Notes: a model not told the origin generated them from the sequence alone. DNA of 57,734 nucleotides from a bacterium (GCA_030697525.1 JAUYPW010000030.1:1-57734); one strand, 5' to 3'. Shown: positions 34,401-43,797, counted from the first letter of the stretch. A program made the numbers and translations.

Positions 34401-35165
34401 TTACCTCCTAGCAAAAATAAGAGATACCAGAAACAACCCTGCTCCGAAAAGGATAATTGTGGGTCCTGGAATAATATGAATACTTCTAGACAAAACAACC
34501 CCAACCACAGCCACAAAAGCCCCGATAATAGAAGCGTTAATAATATAACCCGACATACTGCGGGATACATTTTTAGCAATAGAGGCGGGGATGATAGTGA
34601 GTGCGCCCATAAGCAGGGTGCCTACCAGTTTTATACCCAGAGCCACCACCACGGAAAATATTAGAAAAAGAACGAGATCATATTTTCTACCCACTCCGCT
34701 TACTTTTGCCACTTCTGGCGAGACAGTTACAAAAAGAAGTTTGCGCGCCAATACAAAAGACAAAACAGCCATAAGACTCGCAGAGCCAAGCACCATAAAA
34801 AGAGTAGTAGCAGGTAATAGTGGAAACTCCCCAAAAAGAGATTCGATAATTTCGTGGTCGGGTATAGTCAAGACACCAACGGCGAGACTGGCCGTAAATA
34901 ATAAACCTACAATCGCTTCGGTAGAAAGACGACTTCTGCCCTCCAACCACCAGATTAAAAAAGCTGCCGCCAGTAAAAAAACCAGCACCCCCCAAAAGGG
35001 GTCTATTTGATAGGAAAGCGCGAGTGCGATACCAGGCAAAGCCACATGCGACAAAGCGTCTCCAACCAAAGCCATGCGGCGCAGAATAATAAAAGCCCCT
35101 ATGCTTCCTGAAGCAAGTCCGATAAACAGAGCTACTAGGAAAGATTGATTATTAAATAATTCCAT
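34401..35165 (-). CDS. metal (Zn/Mn-type) ABC transporter permease, ABC-3 family
   Basis: Eight-helix ZnuB/MntB-like protein (GDALSHVALPGIALA). Confidence 0.8.
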   Translation of the reverse strand: MELFNNQSFLVALFIGLASGSIGAFIILRRMALVGDALSHVALPGIALALSYQIDPFWGVLVFLLAAAFLIWWLEGRSRLSTEAIVGLLFTASLAVGVLTIPDHEIIESLFGEFPLLPATTLFMVLGSASLMAVLSFVLARKLLFVTVSPEVAKVSGVGRKYDLVLFLIFSVVVALGIKLVGTLLMGALTIIPASIAKNVSRSMSGYIINASIIGAFVAVVGVVLSRSIHIIPGPTIILFGAGLFLVSLIFARR

Positions 35166-35167
35166 GT

Positions 35168-35875
35168 TTAGTTCAGGTGTTTATAAAAACCTCCCTCACC
35201 ATAAAGACCTGCCAGTTCTTGCGGATTCAAAACTTCTGCCGGTGAGCCATGACAGATCATTTTCTTATTTAAACAAAGTACACTGTCCGCATATTTATAG
35301 ACTATATTCAATTCGTGAGAAATCAACAGAACTGTTGTGCCCCGCTCTTTCTGCAGTTTACGCAAAAGGTGATAGATAGTCTCCTCAAAACCAACATCAA
35401 TTCCGGCTGTTGGCTCATCAAAAAGCAGAATATCCGGATGATCCAGCATCGCCCAAGCTATTAAAACTCTTTGCATCTGCCCTCCCGAAATCTCTGCGAT
35501 CGGCTTGTTCAGAATACCCTTATCCAGGCCAACCAACTCAAGCTCATGGCTTAGATGTTCGGCGAAGTCCTTTGGCAGTAGCCAAAAATTTTTTGATTTC
35601 AGAGAAAAGAATTCTTTTACGGTGATCGGTATAGATTTATCCACCAAAAATTTTTGCGGAGCGTAGCCTATCTTCATTTTGTCTGCCCAATGTATTTCAC
35701 CCTTATGAGGCAGAAGGCCAGCCAGGGCGCGGAAAAGAACCGTCTTCCCGGCTCCATTGGGTCCTATGATGGCTAACGCCTCTCCTTTTTTTACTGCAAA
35801 AGAAATATCTTTCAGAATGACTTCTGAATCTAAAATTACCGATAAATTTTTTACTTCTAAGACGCAGTTTTCCAT
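35168..35875 (-). CDS. metal ABC transporter ATP-binding protein
   Basis: Walker A GPNGAGKT, signature ISGGQMQRV and Walker B ILLFDEP. Confidence 0.85.
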   Translation of the reverse strand: MENCVLEVKNLSVILDSEVILKDISFAVKKGEALAIIGPNGAGKTVLFRALAGLLPHKGEIHWADKMKIGYAPQKFLVDKSIPITVKEFFSLKSKNFWLLPKDFAEHLSHELELVGLDKGILNKPIAEISGGQMQRVLIAWAMLDHPDILLFDEPTAGIDVGFEETIYHLLRKLQKERGTTVLLISHELNIVYKYADSVLCLNKKMICHGSPAEVLNPQELAGLYGEGGFYKHLN

Positions 35876-36159
35876 CGATATTTTTTTAAATCAAGCTGAC
35901 CACTTATAATAATCACCCCTTCTTTTTTTAGCAAACCTGTCTTGTCACCAGATAGGTTATTATATTCGCCTATCCGGCCATCCGATTTTATAACTCTATG
36001 ACAGGGGATAGTCTTGTCAAAATTTTTGTTTAGGACATTGCCTACCGCGCGTGCCGCTTTAGGTCTGCCAATTAGTTTAGCTATTCCGGAATAGGTCATT
36101 ACCTTGCCTTGGGGAATTTGTTTGACGGCGTTATGAACTTTTTGTTTGAAGGTGGTCAT
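35857..36159 (-). CDS. MGMT-family protein (methylated-DNA--protein-cysteine methyltransferase C-terminal domain only)
   Basis: PCHRV active-site motif in ...KTIPCHRVIKSDGRIGEY. 100 aa, with no N-terminal domain. Confidence 0.8.
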   Translation of the reverse strand: MTTFKQKVHNAVKQIPQGKVMTYSGIAKLIGRPKAARAVGNVLNKNFDKTIPCHRVIKSDGRIGEYNNLSGDKTGLLKKEGVIIISGQLDLKKYRWKTAS

Positions 36160-36565
36160 TGGCTTTTTTCAGCGCTTCTTTCATCGGCTTTAGAGATATT
36201 CTCTTATAGGCCTTTTCATAGGACAACCATTCATATGCGTCATGCTCCCACGATAGTTTTACCTTAGCACCCTTGGCCTCGGCTAAAAACATAGCTACAA
36301 ATTTCATCCGCCCAGACCTCCTTGTAAAATATTTGACAGTTTCCTTAAAATCCGGCTGGAGTTCGTATTTTTTTATATCAACTTCTTCTACGGCTTCCCG
36401 TTCAGCCGCCTGAATTCCTGTCTCCCCTTTTTCCAATCTGCCTTTTGGAAAATCCCAAAACTCTCCCCGCTCGGGTATATGGTTGGAAGAACGTATGACC
36501 AAATAGACCCTGCCTCTGGGTGTATTTCTAAAAAATATTATTCCAGCTGAACGTTCTACGGGCAT
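36131..36565 (-). CDS. Nudix hydrolase
   Basis: Nudix box GRLEKGETGIQAAEREAVEEVDI. The start is moved to ATG 36565, because the track ORF extends 59 codons into polX. Confidence 0.8.
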   Translation of the reverse strand: MPVERSAGIIFFRNTPRGRVYLVIRSSNHIPERGEFWDFPKGRLEKGETGIQAAEREAVEEVDIKKYELQPDFKETVKYFTRRSGRMKFVAMFLAEAKGAKVKLSWEHDAYEWLSYEKAYKRISLKPMKEALKKANDHLQTKSS

Positions 36566-36576
36566 AAATCGAAAAT

Positions 36577-38295
36577 TTATTTCAACATTTTTAACATCTT
36601 CTCCGCTGGCCACGCATTTATAACATCCTTCTTCTCTGCCCATCCTCTCCGTGCTTGGGCGATCCCGAACTCTAAAACTTTGAAGTGCGAAACGGAATGC
36701 GCGTCCGAACTTATAGACATTTTTACTCCCGCCTCCACACATTTCCTAACATATTCATCTTTTATATCTAATCTGTCCGGAAACGCGTCTATTTCTAAAA
36801 TTGTGCCGGTTTTCTTGGCTGTTTTTATAATCTCATCTATATCCAATTCTATGGCTTCTCGGCGATTGATAATACGCCCGCTTAGGTGGAAAATAATATC
36901 CACATGCGGATTTTCTATGGCCCTGATTAGTCTTTTGGTCTGCTCCGCTCGTGGCAAATTAAAATGGCTGTGTACTGCCGCCCCGACGATATCAAGTTTC
37001 TTTAGGACTTCGTCGGCAATATCCAACGAACCGTCTTTTTTTATATTCACCTCCGCTCCTTTTAATATTTTGAAATGTCCAAACTTTCCGCCCTTGTTTA
37101 TTTCATCAATTTTCTTCATCTGCTCCAACAGTTTTTTTTCGTCCGCTCCGCCGGTCATTGCTAAACCGCGAGTATGATCAGTAATCAAGATGTATTCCAT
37201 GCCCAATTCTTTGGCCGCCTTGGCCATTTCTTCAATTGAATTCTCACCATCAGTCCAATTGGTTTGTACCTGCAAGTCTCCTTTTAAATCACCGTAGCCA
37301 ATAAGTTTAGGCAGTTTTCCTTCCCGTGAGGCTTCAATTTCCCCCGTCATCTCCCGCAATTCGGGCTCAATATATTTTAGTCCGAGAGCCTCATACAAAT
37401 CTTCTTCTGTCTTGCCGGCAATTTGTTTTTTGCCCTTAAATAGTCCGTACTCGTTCAGTTTAAGGCCTTTCTTTATAGCAATTTCCCGCAAAGCTATGTT
37501 GTGGTCTTTTGATCCTGTAAAATAATTTAGAGCCGCGCCAAAAGATTCAGCCGGCACTACCCGTAAATCGGCATCCAAACCGTTTTTCAATTTCACCGAA
37601 GTCTTCGTCTCACCCTTGGCCAAAACCGTGGCAACTTGCGGCAAAGCGACGAATCGGTCCATTACCCCATCTGGTTTACTGGAAATAGCCAGAAAATCAA
37701 TATCGCCGATAGTTTCTTTTTTCCGTCTTACCGATCCGGCCACCACCGCTTTTTCAACTTCCGGAAATCCTTGAATTATTTTTTCAAACTGTCTGATTTC
37801 CGGCAAAATAAAACCGAGGATTTGTCTTCCTCCGGATTTTTTCAAAAACTCAATCCCCTTTAAAATTTTTTGTTCCGATTTTTCTCCAAAATGTTCCAGC
37901 TTTCTGATTTTTCCGGCCTTAGCCACCTTTTCCAAATCAGAGAGATTTTTAATCTTTAATTTTTGCCAAAGAGTTTTTATCATTTTGGGGCCAACTCCTT
38001 GTACCGAAGTCAGTTCGGCGATATCAACAGGATATTTTTTCTTATACTTTTCGTATTCTGCAAATGTCTTTTTCTGTAGCAAACTTTCTATGTGTTCAGC
38101 TATCCCCTGACCAACGCTTGGAATCTCCATCAGACCCTTAATACCGTCTTTTTTGTAAATATCTTTTACTTCTTCTCCCAATGATTCTATTTCCAACGCG
38201 GCTTTTTCATAAGCCCTCGGCTTGAAAGGGACTTCTTCCATATCCAAAAGCACGGACATTTCCAGCAATGTTTTAGCTATCTCTTTATTAGTCAT
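36577..38295 (-). CDS. polX: family X DNA polymerase with C-terminal PHP domain
   Basis: The N-terminus MTNKEIAKTLLEMSVLLDMEEVPFKPRAYEKAA is PolX-typical. Helix-hairpin-helix motifs, the palm region (GSVRRKKETIGDIDFL) and PHP His/Asp motifs (ITDHT, SSDAHS) are present. The start is set at ATG 38295. Confidence 0.9.
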   Translation of the reverse strand: MTNKEIAKTLLEMSVLLDMEEVPFKPRAYEKAALEIESLGEEVKDIYKKDGIKGLMEIPSVGQGIAEHIESLLQKKTFAEYEKYKKKYPVDIAELTSVQGVGPKMIKTLWQKLKIKNLSDLEKVAKAGKIRKLEHFGEKSEQKILKGIEFLKKSGGRQILGFILPEIRQFEKIIQGFPEVEKAVVAGSVRRKKETIGDIDFLAISSKPDGVMDRFVALPQVATVLAKGETKTSVKLKNGLDADLRVVPAESFGAALNYFTGSKDHNIALREIAIKKGLKLNEYGLFKGKKQIAGKTEEDLYEALGLKYIEPELREMTGEIEASREGKLPKLIGYGDLKGDLQVQTNWTDGENSIEEMAKAAKELGMEYILITDHTRGLAMTGGADEKKLLEQMKKIDEINKGGKFGHFKILKGAEVNIKKDGSLDIADEVLKKLDIVGAAVHSHFNLPRAEQTKRLIRAIENPHVDIIFHLSGRIINRREAIELDIDEIIKTAKKTGTILEIDAFPDRLDIKDEYVRKCVEAGVKMSISSDAHSVSHFKVLEFGIAQARRGWAEKKDVINAWPAEKMLKMLK

Positions 38296-38332
38296 CTTGC
38301 TAAAATAATTATTGAAGTCTCGCTTCGATAAA

Positions 38333-38965
38333 TTAATACCTGTGCTGGGGCAACTCCGGCGTGACTTTGTCACCCTGTTTTCGGCCTCTCATTTCTCCCC
38401 GCAGGCTAAACAGCAGTCCGGACGCAAAGACAGCCAAGAGACTTGAACCTAAAAACAACACCGCAAAACCAAACCGATCAGCGATGTATCCACCCAAAGC
38501 CGTAGCTATTGAAGCCGCCAGTCCCACCGAAAATACGGAATCAAGGCTCCATTCAAAACTGATCCGCCACTTATCTACGTGCCTGGTAAAAATGGAATAC
38601 CAAGCAGGAACCGCCCAAGCCATAACCACTCCGTAAAAAGCTTGTATCAAGTAAAGATGCGCGGGCGTTTTCGCAAAGATGTAGGCGATAGGAACCAAAC
38701 CGCTTAAAAGGTAGCCCGCAAACATAGCCCAGAAATCGTCTCTTTCCCCGTCCGTCGTATCCAGAAATCTGGCTATGGGAAGTTGGAAAATTGATTTGAC
38801 AATCCAGTAGATGGCGGCTGCGAAACCGGCCACCTTGGCTGATCCACCCTGAATTTGAGTGGTTATGAAAATGGCAAAAACAGGCCCAAAAGAAGCGAAA
38901 GCGGCGTTATAAAAAAAGTCGGCGACAACTATGGTTTTTACGATTTTATTTATTTCTTTAAACAT
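38333..38965 (-). CDS. six-helix MFS-like membrane protein (half-size)
   Basis: 210 aa with six hydrophobic helices and an MFS-like loop (RFLDTTDGERDD). Confidence 0.5.
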   Translation of the reverse strand: MFKEINKIVKTIVVADFFYNAAFASFGPVFAIFITTQIQGGSAKVAGFAAAIYWIVKSIFQLPIARFLDTTDGERDDFWAMFAGYLLSGLVPIAYIFAKTPAHLYLIQAFYGVVMAWAVPAWYSIFTRHVDKWRISFEWSLDSVFSVGLAASIATALGGYIADRFGFAVLFLGSSLLAVFASGLLFSLRGEMRGRKQGDKVTPELPQHRY

Positions 38966-38975
38966 TTTTTATAAA

Positions 38976-40085
38976 TTAGAAATTAAGCACCTCATATACT
39001 ATACCCAAAATAACCATTAAATAAATAGCGGCTCGCCAAACGTAAGACCAAAAGCCAAGCCTCTCTCCTTCCTTTTTACGCAATTTATAATGCGCCGCCA
39101 AGACCAAAGCAGAATCCACCCCGACCGCCAAAACTCCGACCGCGCCAATGGTGCCGATAAAATTCCTGAAACCGAAGGTATATAAGATTAACGGCAGAGT
39201 AGAAACCAGAACCCACGCTTTTCTTTTGGAAAAGATAAAGTCCAGTCTCAACATTTCCTGAAAATTTTTACTGGTTGCCACCAAAGAGGTAAAGACCGCC
39301 AGAAGTCCTATTATATTACCCCAAAACACAACTCGGTCTCCCGCAAAGACAGCAAGTCCACGGATGGCATCAGAGCTAACAGCGACGCCGGAGATCCCGA
39401 CAACAGCCAAAGCGAACAGGAAATATAATACAGCCGGCAAGAGAGACCCCGCCACCACAGCGCGATGGGTTGTCTTTCTGTTTTTGTCTGACAGTATAAC
39501 TACTTCAGGTATCACAATACCCCCCGCCAACGAAAAAAGTAGGATTCCATAAGGCACAAAGATGCTGTCCGGATAAAAACCTGACAGATTGAATGTTTTT
39601 ATGTCCGGAAGAAGTGTTATGACAAGATATAATATGAAGCCGACTAAAAATACAGCCAGAATACTGTTTATAAAAGATTCTTTTTTAAGCGGGAAATAGG
39701 TTATGACCGCCCCAGCTAAAACTAAAAATACCGCCCATAAAAATTGATTGGCAGGTAAAAGATTATTTAAAAAAATTGCCCCTAAAATTATATACGCCAA
39801 AAGACTACCGCTTATGCCAAACACCGAAGATAACCAAGATAATCTGTAAGACTTTTTGCCTAGATGTTCACGCATGTAACCAGGCATACGGTGGATGCCC
39901 GAAGTACGCAAAACTATTTCGGCGTAAAATAAGTGAAAGATCAACATCAATCCGGACAATACGATAAGTTCCAGAGTACCCAGCCAAAACCCAGCGCGGG
40001 CAAAAGAAAAAGGGATGCCAAACATCCCCGCCCCGATGATCATGCCCGATAAAGTTAACGTAGCCTTGATAAACTTAAAACTCAT
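38976..40085 (-). CDS. amino-acid permease-like transporter (Trp/Tyr-permease / Aa_trans-like)
   Basis: About 11 helices. N-terminal GMIIGAGMFGIPFSFARAGF is typical of this family. Confidence 0.6.
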   Translation of the reverse strand: MSFKFIKATLTLSGMIIGAGMFGIPFSFARAGFWLGTLELIVLSGLMLIFHLFYAEIVLRTSGIHRMPGYMREHLGKKSYRLSWLSSVFGISGSLLAYIILGAIFLNNLLPANQFLWAVFLVLAGAVITYFPLKKESFINSILAVFLVGFILYLVITLLPDIKTFNLSGFYPDSIFVPYGILLFSLAGGIVIPEVVILSDKNRKTTHRAVVAGSLLPAVLYFLFALAVVGISGVAVSSDAIRGLAVFAGDRVVFWGNIIGLLAVFTSLVATSKNFQEMLRLDFIFSKRKAWVLVSTLPLILYTFGFRNFIGTIGAVGVLAVGVDSALVLAAHYKLRKKEGERLGFWSYVWRAAIYLMVILGIVYEVLNF

Positions 40086-40657
40086 ACAGTTATAACCTTT
40101 TCTTTTTTCACAAGCTCTAAAACTTTTTCAACTAACTTTTGCGGATCGGAATCAAAAACTGTTTTCCCCATACCGCGGTGAGCCTTGTTTAAAATATCTT
40201 TTATTTCATCAGCCATTCCCCCTGTGCCGGTCAAAACACCAACCGGCTTATCATCTTCAAAAGCAATAGTAAATTCGTTTAAGGTTCCCATGCGTCCGCA
40301 GGTAACTATCACCGCGTCCGAAGATCTGGTAAGCAGCAAATTTCTTCCTGGGTAACCAAAGCCCGTGTATATAATTATATCGTGATAATCAACCGGCAGT
40401 TTGTATTTGTCTATATGTTCAACCTCTGACAAAGCGGGTGAGACACCAATGACAAAACCGCCAACATCTTTGGCGCCAATCGCCGCCCAGTAAGGCGCGC
40501 CAGTGGTAGCGCCCGTCACTAAAACTGCGTTGTGTTTTATAATCTGGCGGCCGAGTTCTTTGGTTTTCTCCAAAGCATCGGGCGCGCAATGACCAGTTTC
40601 AGCCGCGCCAGAAACACAGATTTTATATTTTAGATGTGTGTGTGGAGTAGATTTCAT
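40082..40657 (-). CDS. TIGR00725/LOG-like Rossmann-fold nucleotide-binding protein
   Basis: ICVSGAA...LVTGATTG...PGRNLLLTRSSDAVIVTCGRMGTLNEF pattern. It has 4-nt overlaps on both sides. Confidence 0.65.
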   Translation of the reverse strand: MKSTPHTHLKYKICVSGAAETGHCAPDALEKTKELGRQIIKHNAVLVTGATTGAPYWAAIGAKDVGGFVIGVSPALSEVEHIDKYKLPVDYHDIIIYTGFGYPGRNLLLTRSSDAVIVTCGRMGTLNEFTIAFEDDKPVGVLTGTGGMADEIKDILNKAHRGMGKTVFDSDPQKLVEKVLELVKKEKVITV

Positions 40658-41985
40658 ATCTCAAATTTTTGGTAAAGTATCGGGGCTTTGGCCTCAAGTC
40701 CCATATAATCTTTGATTTTTTGCGCGAACCCCAGCGCTTCCGTCTCTTCTCCCTGTACCACAAAAACTTTTTTTAGCATATCTCGGCTCGCGTCCACAAA
40801 ATCATAAAGCTGTTCGGCGTCAGCATGAGCGGAAAAGCCCTGTATGCTTCGAACCTCCGCTTTCACCAGCACTTCTTCTCCAAATAATTTTACCATTCTT
40901 TCTCCTTCCAGTAAACGCCTGCCCACCGACCCTCGCCCCTGGTATCCTATAAGCAAAAGTATGCTCGCCGGGTCGGGCAAGTAACGCAGAGCGTGGTGTA
41001 AAATCCTTCCTCCGTTCATCATGCCTGATCCCGCAATAATTACTTTCGGCGGTGGAATTTCATTTATACTTTTGGATTCGTCCGTAGTCTGGGTAAACTT
41101 AAGCTTCTTAAATTTAAACAGGTTTGGGTGCCGCAGAAGAAGTTCTTGAATATCTTTATTAAAATATCCCGCATACTGCTCAAAGACTGCGGTTATTTTG
41201 ATTGCCAAAGGCGAATCTACAAAGACGGGCATCTCCGGTATCCTTTTGAAAAGGAGCATCCCGTTCAGCAAATGTAAAATATCTTGCGTCCTTTCAGCCG
41301 CAAAAGATGGAACAACCAAAACACCTTTGCGGGAAGCCGCGTCCTCTACAGCCCGCTCAAGCTGTAGATTCCTTTCTAAAGGATTTTCGTGTGTCCGCGT
41401 CCCGTAGACCGACTCTATCACTAAAAAATCAAGATTCTTGAATTTCTCCGGCGGGGGTAGAAGAACCGAGGGGGTATTACCCAAATCTCCGGTAAACAGC
41501 AGATGTTTGCCTTCGGCCCAGATTTCTATCAAGGCCGAACCCAAAATGTGGCCAGAATTGTGCAGTTTTATTTTAGCCTCTCCCAAAGCAGTCTCAAAAC
41601 CGTAATCTACGGTGCTCCAAAGGGTAAAAGTTCTCTCGAGATCTTCCATGGCAAAAAGTTGGTCGTTTTGCCGGATCGCCAGAGAAAGCGAATCCTCAAG
41701 AAGTAGTCGAGCTAAATCACGAGTAGGTTTTGTAGATAAAATTTTGCCCCGAAATCCTTCCCGTACCAACTTAGGAATCCTGCCGACATGGTCTATGTGC
41801 GCATGGGTAACCAGAAGATAATTTATGCCAGCAGGGTCAAATTGAAATTTTTCAAAATTAATATCCTCGCATTCCTTGCCTCCCTGAAAAAGCCCACAAT
41901 CTATAAGTAGTTTTAAACTGCCTGTCTCAAGAAGATAACAAGCTCCGGTAACATCTTGCGCGCCACCATGGAAAGAAATTTTCAT
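40654..41985 (-). CDS. MBL-fold beta-CASP RNA-metabolising hydrolase
   Basis: HAHIDHVG metallo-beta-lactamase motif plus beta-CASP motifs, including GFSAHAD near the C-terminus. Confidence 0.8.
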   Translation of the reverse strand: MKISFHGGAQDVTGACYLLETGSLKLLIDCGLFQGGKECEDINFEKFQFDPAGINYLLVTHAHIDHVGRIPKLVREGFRGKILSTKPTRDLARLLLEDSLSLAIRQNDQLFAMEDLERTFTLWSTVDYGFETALGEAKIKLHNSGHILGSALIEIWAEGKHLLFTGDLGNTPSVLLPPPEKFKNLDFLVIESVYGTRTHENPLERNLQLERAVEDAASRKGVLVVPSFAAERTQDILHLLNGMLLFKRIPEMPVFVDSPLAIKITAVFEQYAGYFNKDIQELLLRHPNLFKFKKLKFTQTTDESKSINEIPPPKVIIAGSGMMNGGRILHHALRYLPDPASILLLIGYQGRGSVGRRLLEGERMVKLFGEEVLVKAEVRSIQGFSAHADAEQLYDFVDASRDMLKKVFVVQGEETEALGFAQKIKDYMGLEAKAPILYQKFEI

Positions 41986-41990
41986 AAAAA

Positions 41991-43022
41991 TTAGTAGCTG
42001 TACTTATCCACCTCCCTTCCTTCTCTATCTCTTAAAATAATTACCTCGCGGTTATCCCGTAGAAATTCTTCCGGCCTACCCAGCCATATATACCAGTCGT
42101 TACCGAAAAAATCAGCGCGGTCGCGATTGTCCGCCACACAACCAACATAATTAAAATGTTTACTTAAGAAACTTCGGCAGTCTTCGTCGTTGATCGGAAA
42201 AATTTGAGAATAATCCGGCTGCCGGCAAGTTGGAGTAGAGTTTATCACATCTATACACCTGTCGGAAATATTTAAAGGAAGTTTTCTTGTTTCCACCCGC
42301 GGACAACGGTTATTTAAAGAAGGTTCAAATTTATAATTCTCACTGAAGTATCCGGTGCAAAGGTTGGTTTGAAAATTAGTATTGTTAGGATGCTTGCCTA
42401 TTACCACTATTACCTTCCCACCTCCGGGTTTTAAAACCACCGGATCTCGGGCAGAACTGCCGTATGGGCCGGGCAGGGCATCAGCAACAGGGATTTCTAG
42501 TTTTGTACCCCGAATACTTTCTAAAGTAAAACCGGTAACATTAATTTTCTCATCCGAATTCCAGTTTTCTATATATACCACCTCCTTCTCGGGTTTGTTG
42601 CCGTATCCATCAACATAAGTAATTTTAATTTTATTTTTGTACGGAGATTCGGTTGATCGCAGAACCGGAGTTTGGGTTTGCTTGGTTTTTTGTGGAGAGA
42701 TAACCGGCTCGGTTATGAAGTCTTTTGTCGCGGCAATCCGGTTCGCGGCAACCCTTGTCTTTGTTCCAAAATATCCGGAAGCGGGATAAACTCCGTGTGT
42801 CTGCTGGAATCTTTTTACGGATCCGACTGTGGTCCACAAATAGTTTCCATTGGAAGCTGGGTAAGTGAAAAATCCCAGTCTCCGTAAAAATTCCTGTAGT
42901 TTGGTGACATCCGGATTGCCAAGAAGGCCAAAATAAAGATTGCGGGTAAAAACTTCCTGAGCCGACATAGAGAACGGCAAAACAACCATCAACATTAAAA
43001 TAATTAAGGCTTTTTTGCTCAT
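41991..43022 (-). CDS. secreted protein with a peptidoglycan-binding domain and a lamin-tail-like domain
   Basis: Signal peptide MSKKALIILMLMVVLPFSMSA. PG_binding_1-like segment (VTKLQEFLRRLGFF...VKRFQQTHGV). The LTD-like segment VYIENWNSDEKINVTGFTLES follows. Confidence 0.65.
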   Translation of the reverse strand: MSKKALIILMLMVVLPFSMSAQEVFTRNLYFGLLGNPDVTKLQEFLRRLGFFTYPASNGNYLWTTVGSVKRFQQTHGVYPASGYFGTKTRVAANRIAATKDFITEPVISPQKTKQTQTPVLRSTESPYKNKIKITYVDGYGNKPEKEVVYIENWNSDEKINVTGFTLESIRGTKLEIPVADALPGPYGSSARDPVVLKPGGGKVIVVIGKHPNNTNFQTNLCTGYFSENYKFEPSLNNRCPRVETRKLPLNISDRCIDVINSTPTCRQPDYSQIFPINDEDCRSFLSKHFNYVGCVADNRDRADFFGNDWYIWLGRPEEFLRDNREVIILRDREGREVDKYSY

Positions 43023-43058
43023 GCTTCTATTTTAACTCACTTGCGTAAAAGAATAAAA

Positions 43059-43172
43059 TGCCCTCGGGCAGATTCGCCCCGTCATTCGACGGGGCGTCCG
43101 GTCGTATGGCCGGACGAACCTCTAGTCTTCGGCTTCGGAGGCCGACGCTCTATCCAATTGAGCTACGGGCGC
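43059..43172 (-). tRNA. tRNA-Arg(CCG)-like gene interrupted in the T-loop by a 40-nt double hairpin; the 3' part pairs poorly (possible pseudogene or chimera)
   Basis: The minus-strand sequence GCGCCCG-TA-GCTC-AATTGGATA-GAGC-G-TCGGC-CTCCGAA-GCCGA-AGACT-AGAGG-TTCG forms a perfect 5' two-thirds with anticodon CCG. Hairpins at 43075..43096 and 43095..43116 follow, and then AATC-TGCC-CGAGGGC-A. Confidence 0.5.
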
Positions 43173-43215
43173 ATATTTTTAGTATCGGGGTCCATTGAAC
43201 TACGAGGACTAAAAA

Positions 43216-43473
43216 TTACTGATAAACCGAGTGGCCGCCAATTGAATGGAACCAGACCACACCTTTCTCCGCAAATTCAAATATAACTCTATAATTATTG
43301 TTTATACCGAAAGACCAATAACTTTTTAGGTGGCCATGAAGTTTGTGAGTTTTTAATCTAGGGTCGGCAGGATTTTTTCTAAAAATTATTTCTTTTTCTT
43401 CCGCCAAGAGTTTGATGTTTCTGGGTAACTTTTTATATTCCCGCTCAAATTTGGAGGAATAGTAAATTTTCAT
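43216..43473 (-). CDS. type II toxin, RelE/ParE (mRNA interferase) family
   Basis: 85 aa, with ...HKLHGHLKSYWSFGINNNYRVIF... typical of the RelE/YafQ-type fold. It lies 8 nt downstream of the antitoxin. Confidence 0.8.
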   Translation of the reverse strand: MKIYYSSKFEREYKKLPRNIKLLAEEKEIIFRKNPADPRLKTHKLHGHLKSYWSFGINNNYRVIFEFAEKGVVWFHSIGGHSVYQ

Positions 43474-43481
43474 AGTTAAAA

Positions 43482-43697
43482 CTATCGCAAGTCCTTCAAA
43501 GACCGCAATAATTTACCTTTACCCTGTTTTAGTTCTAGCCTGCTTTCTTCTAATTCTTCTGCCAACTTACCTTCCGTCCATAAACGAATCAGCATTCTAA
43601 AAAACTCACTCTTGCTGGCAAAGCGCCCTTTTTTTATATTTTTTTCTACTTCTTCCACCATCTTGGGCGGAAGAGAAATGTTTATAATATTGCGCAT
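43482..43697 (-). CDS. ribbon-helix-helix (CopG-like) antitoxin
   Basis: 71 aa from ATG 43697: MRNIINISLPPKMVEEVEKNIKKGRFASKSEFFRMLIRLW (RHH pattern). Confidence 0.7.
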   Translation of the reverse strand: MRNIINISLPPKMVEEVEKNIKKGRFASKSEFFRMLIRLWTEGKLAEELEESRLELKQGKGKLLRSLKDLR

Positions 43698-43703
43698 GGC
43701 TAT

Positions 43704-43754
43704 ATTGTAATAATTTGTATTACAATTATATGCTTTTATATTAGAGGTTGTCAA
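43704..43754 (-). promoter_or_regulatory. toxin-antitoxin promoter (TTGACA, 18-nt spacer, TATAAT) with an overlapping palindromic operator
   Basis: On the minus strand, TTGACA is at 43749-54 and TATAAT at 43725-30. The perfect inverted repeat ATTGTAATA-n5-TATTACAAT (43704-43726) overlaps the -10 element and ends 6 nt before the ATG. Confidence 0.55.
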
Positions 43755-43756
43755 AC

Positions 43757-43797
43757 GAAAAAGCCGCGGGGTGTCACCACTCAGCGGCTTTTGTTTT
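43757..43797. terminator. hairpin terminator downstream of the small-membrane-protein operon
   Basis: AGCCGC, a 16-nt loop with an inner GGTG/CACC pair, then GCGGCT. It is flanked by an A-run and by TTTTGTTTT. Confidence 0.55.

Noticed and set aside
36566-36742. N-terminal 59 codons of track ORF 36131..36742.
   Set aside because: They lie inside the polX coding region in another frame. Nudix homology begins at the internal ATG 36565.
43041-43286. 81-aa + strand ORF containing ...RRSIQLSYGR....
   Set aside because: It is the antisense translation of the tRNA-like gene and the hairpin repeats.
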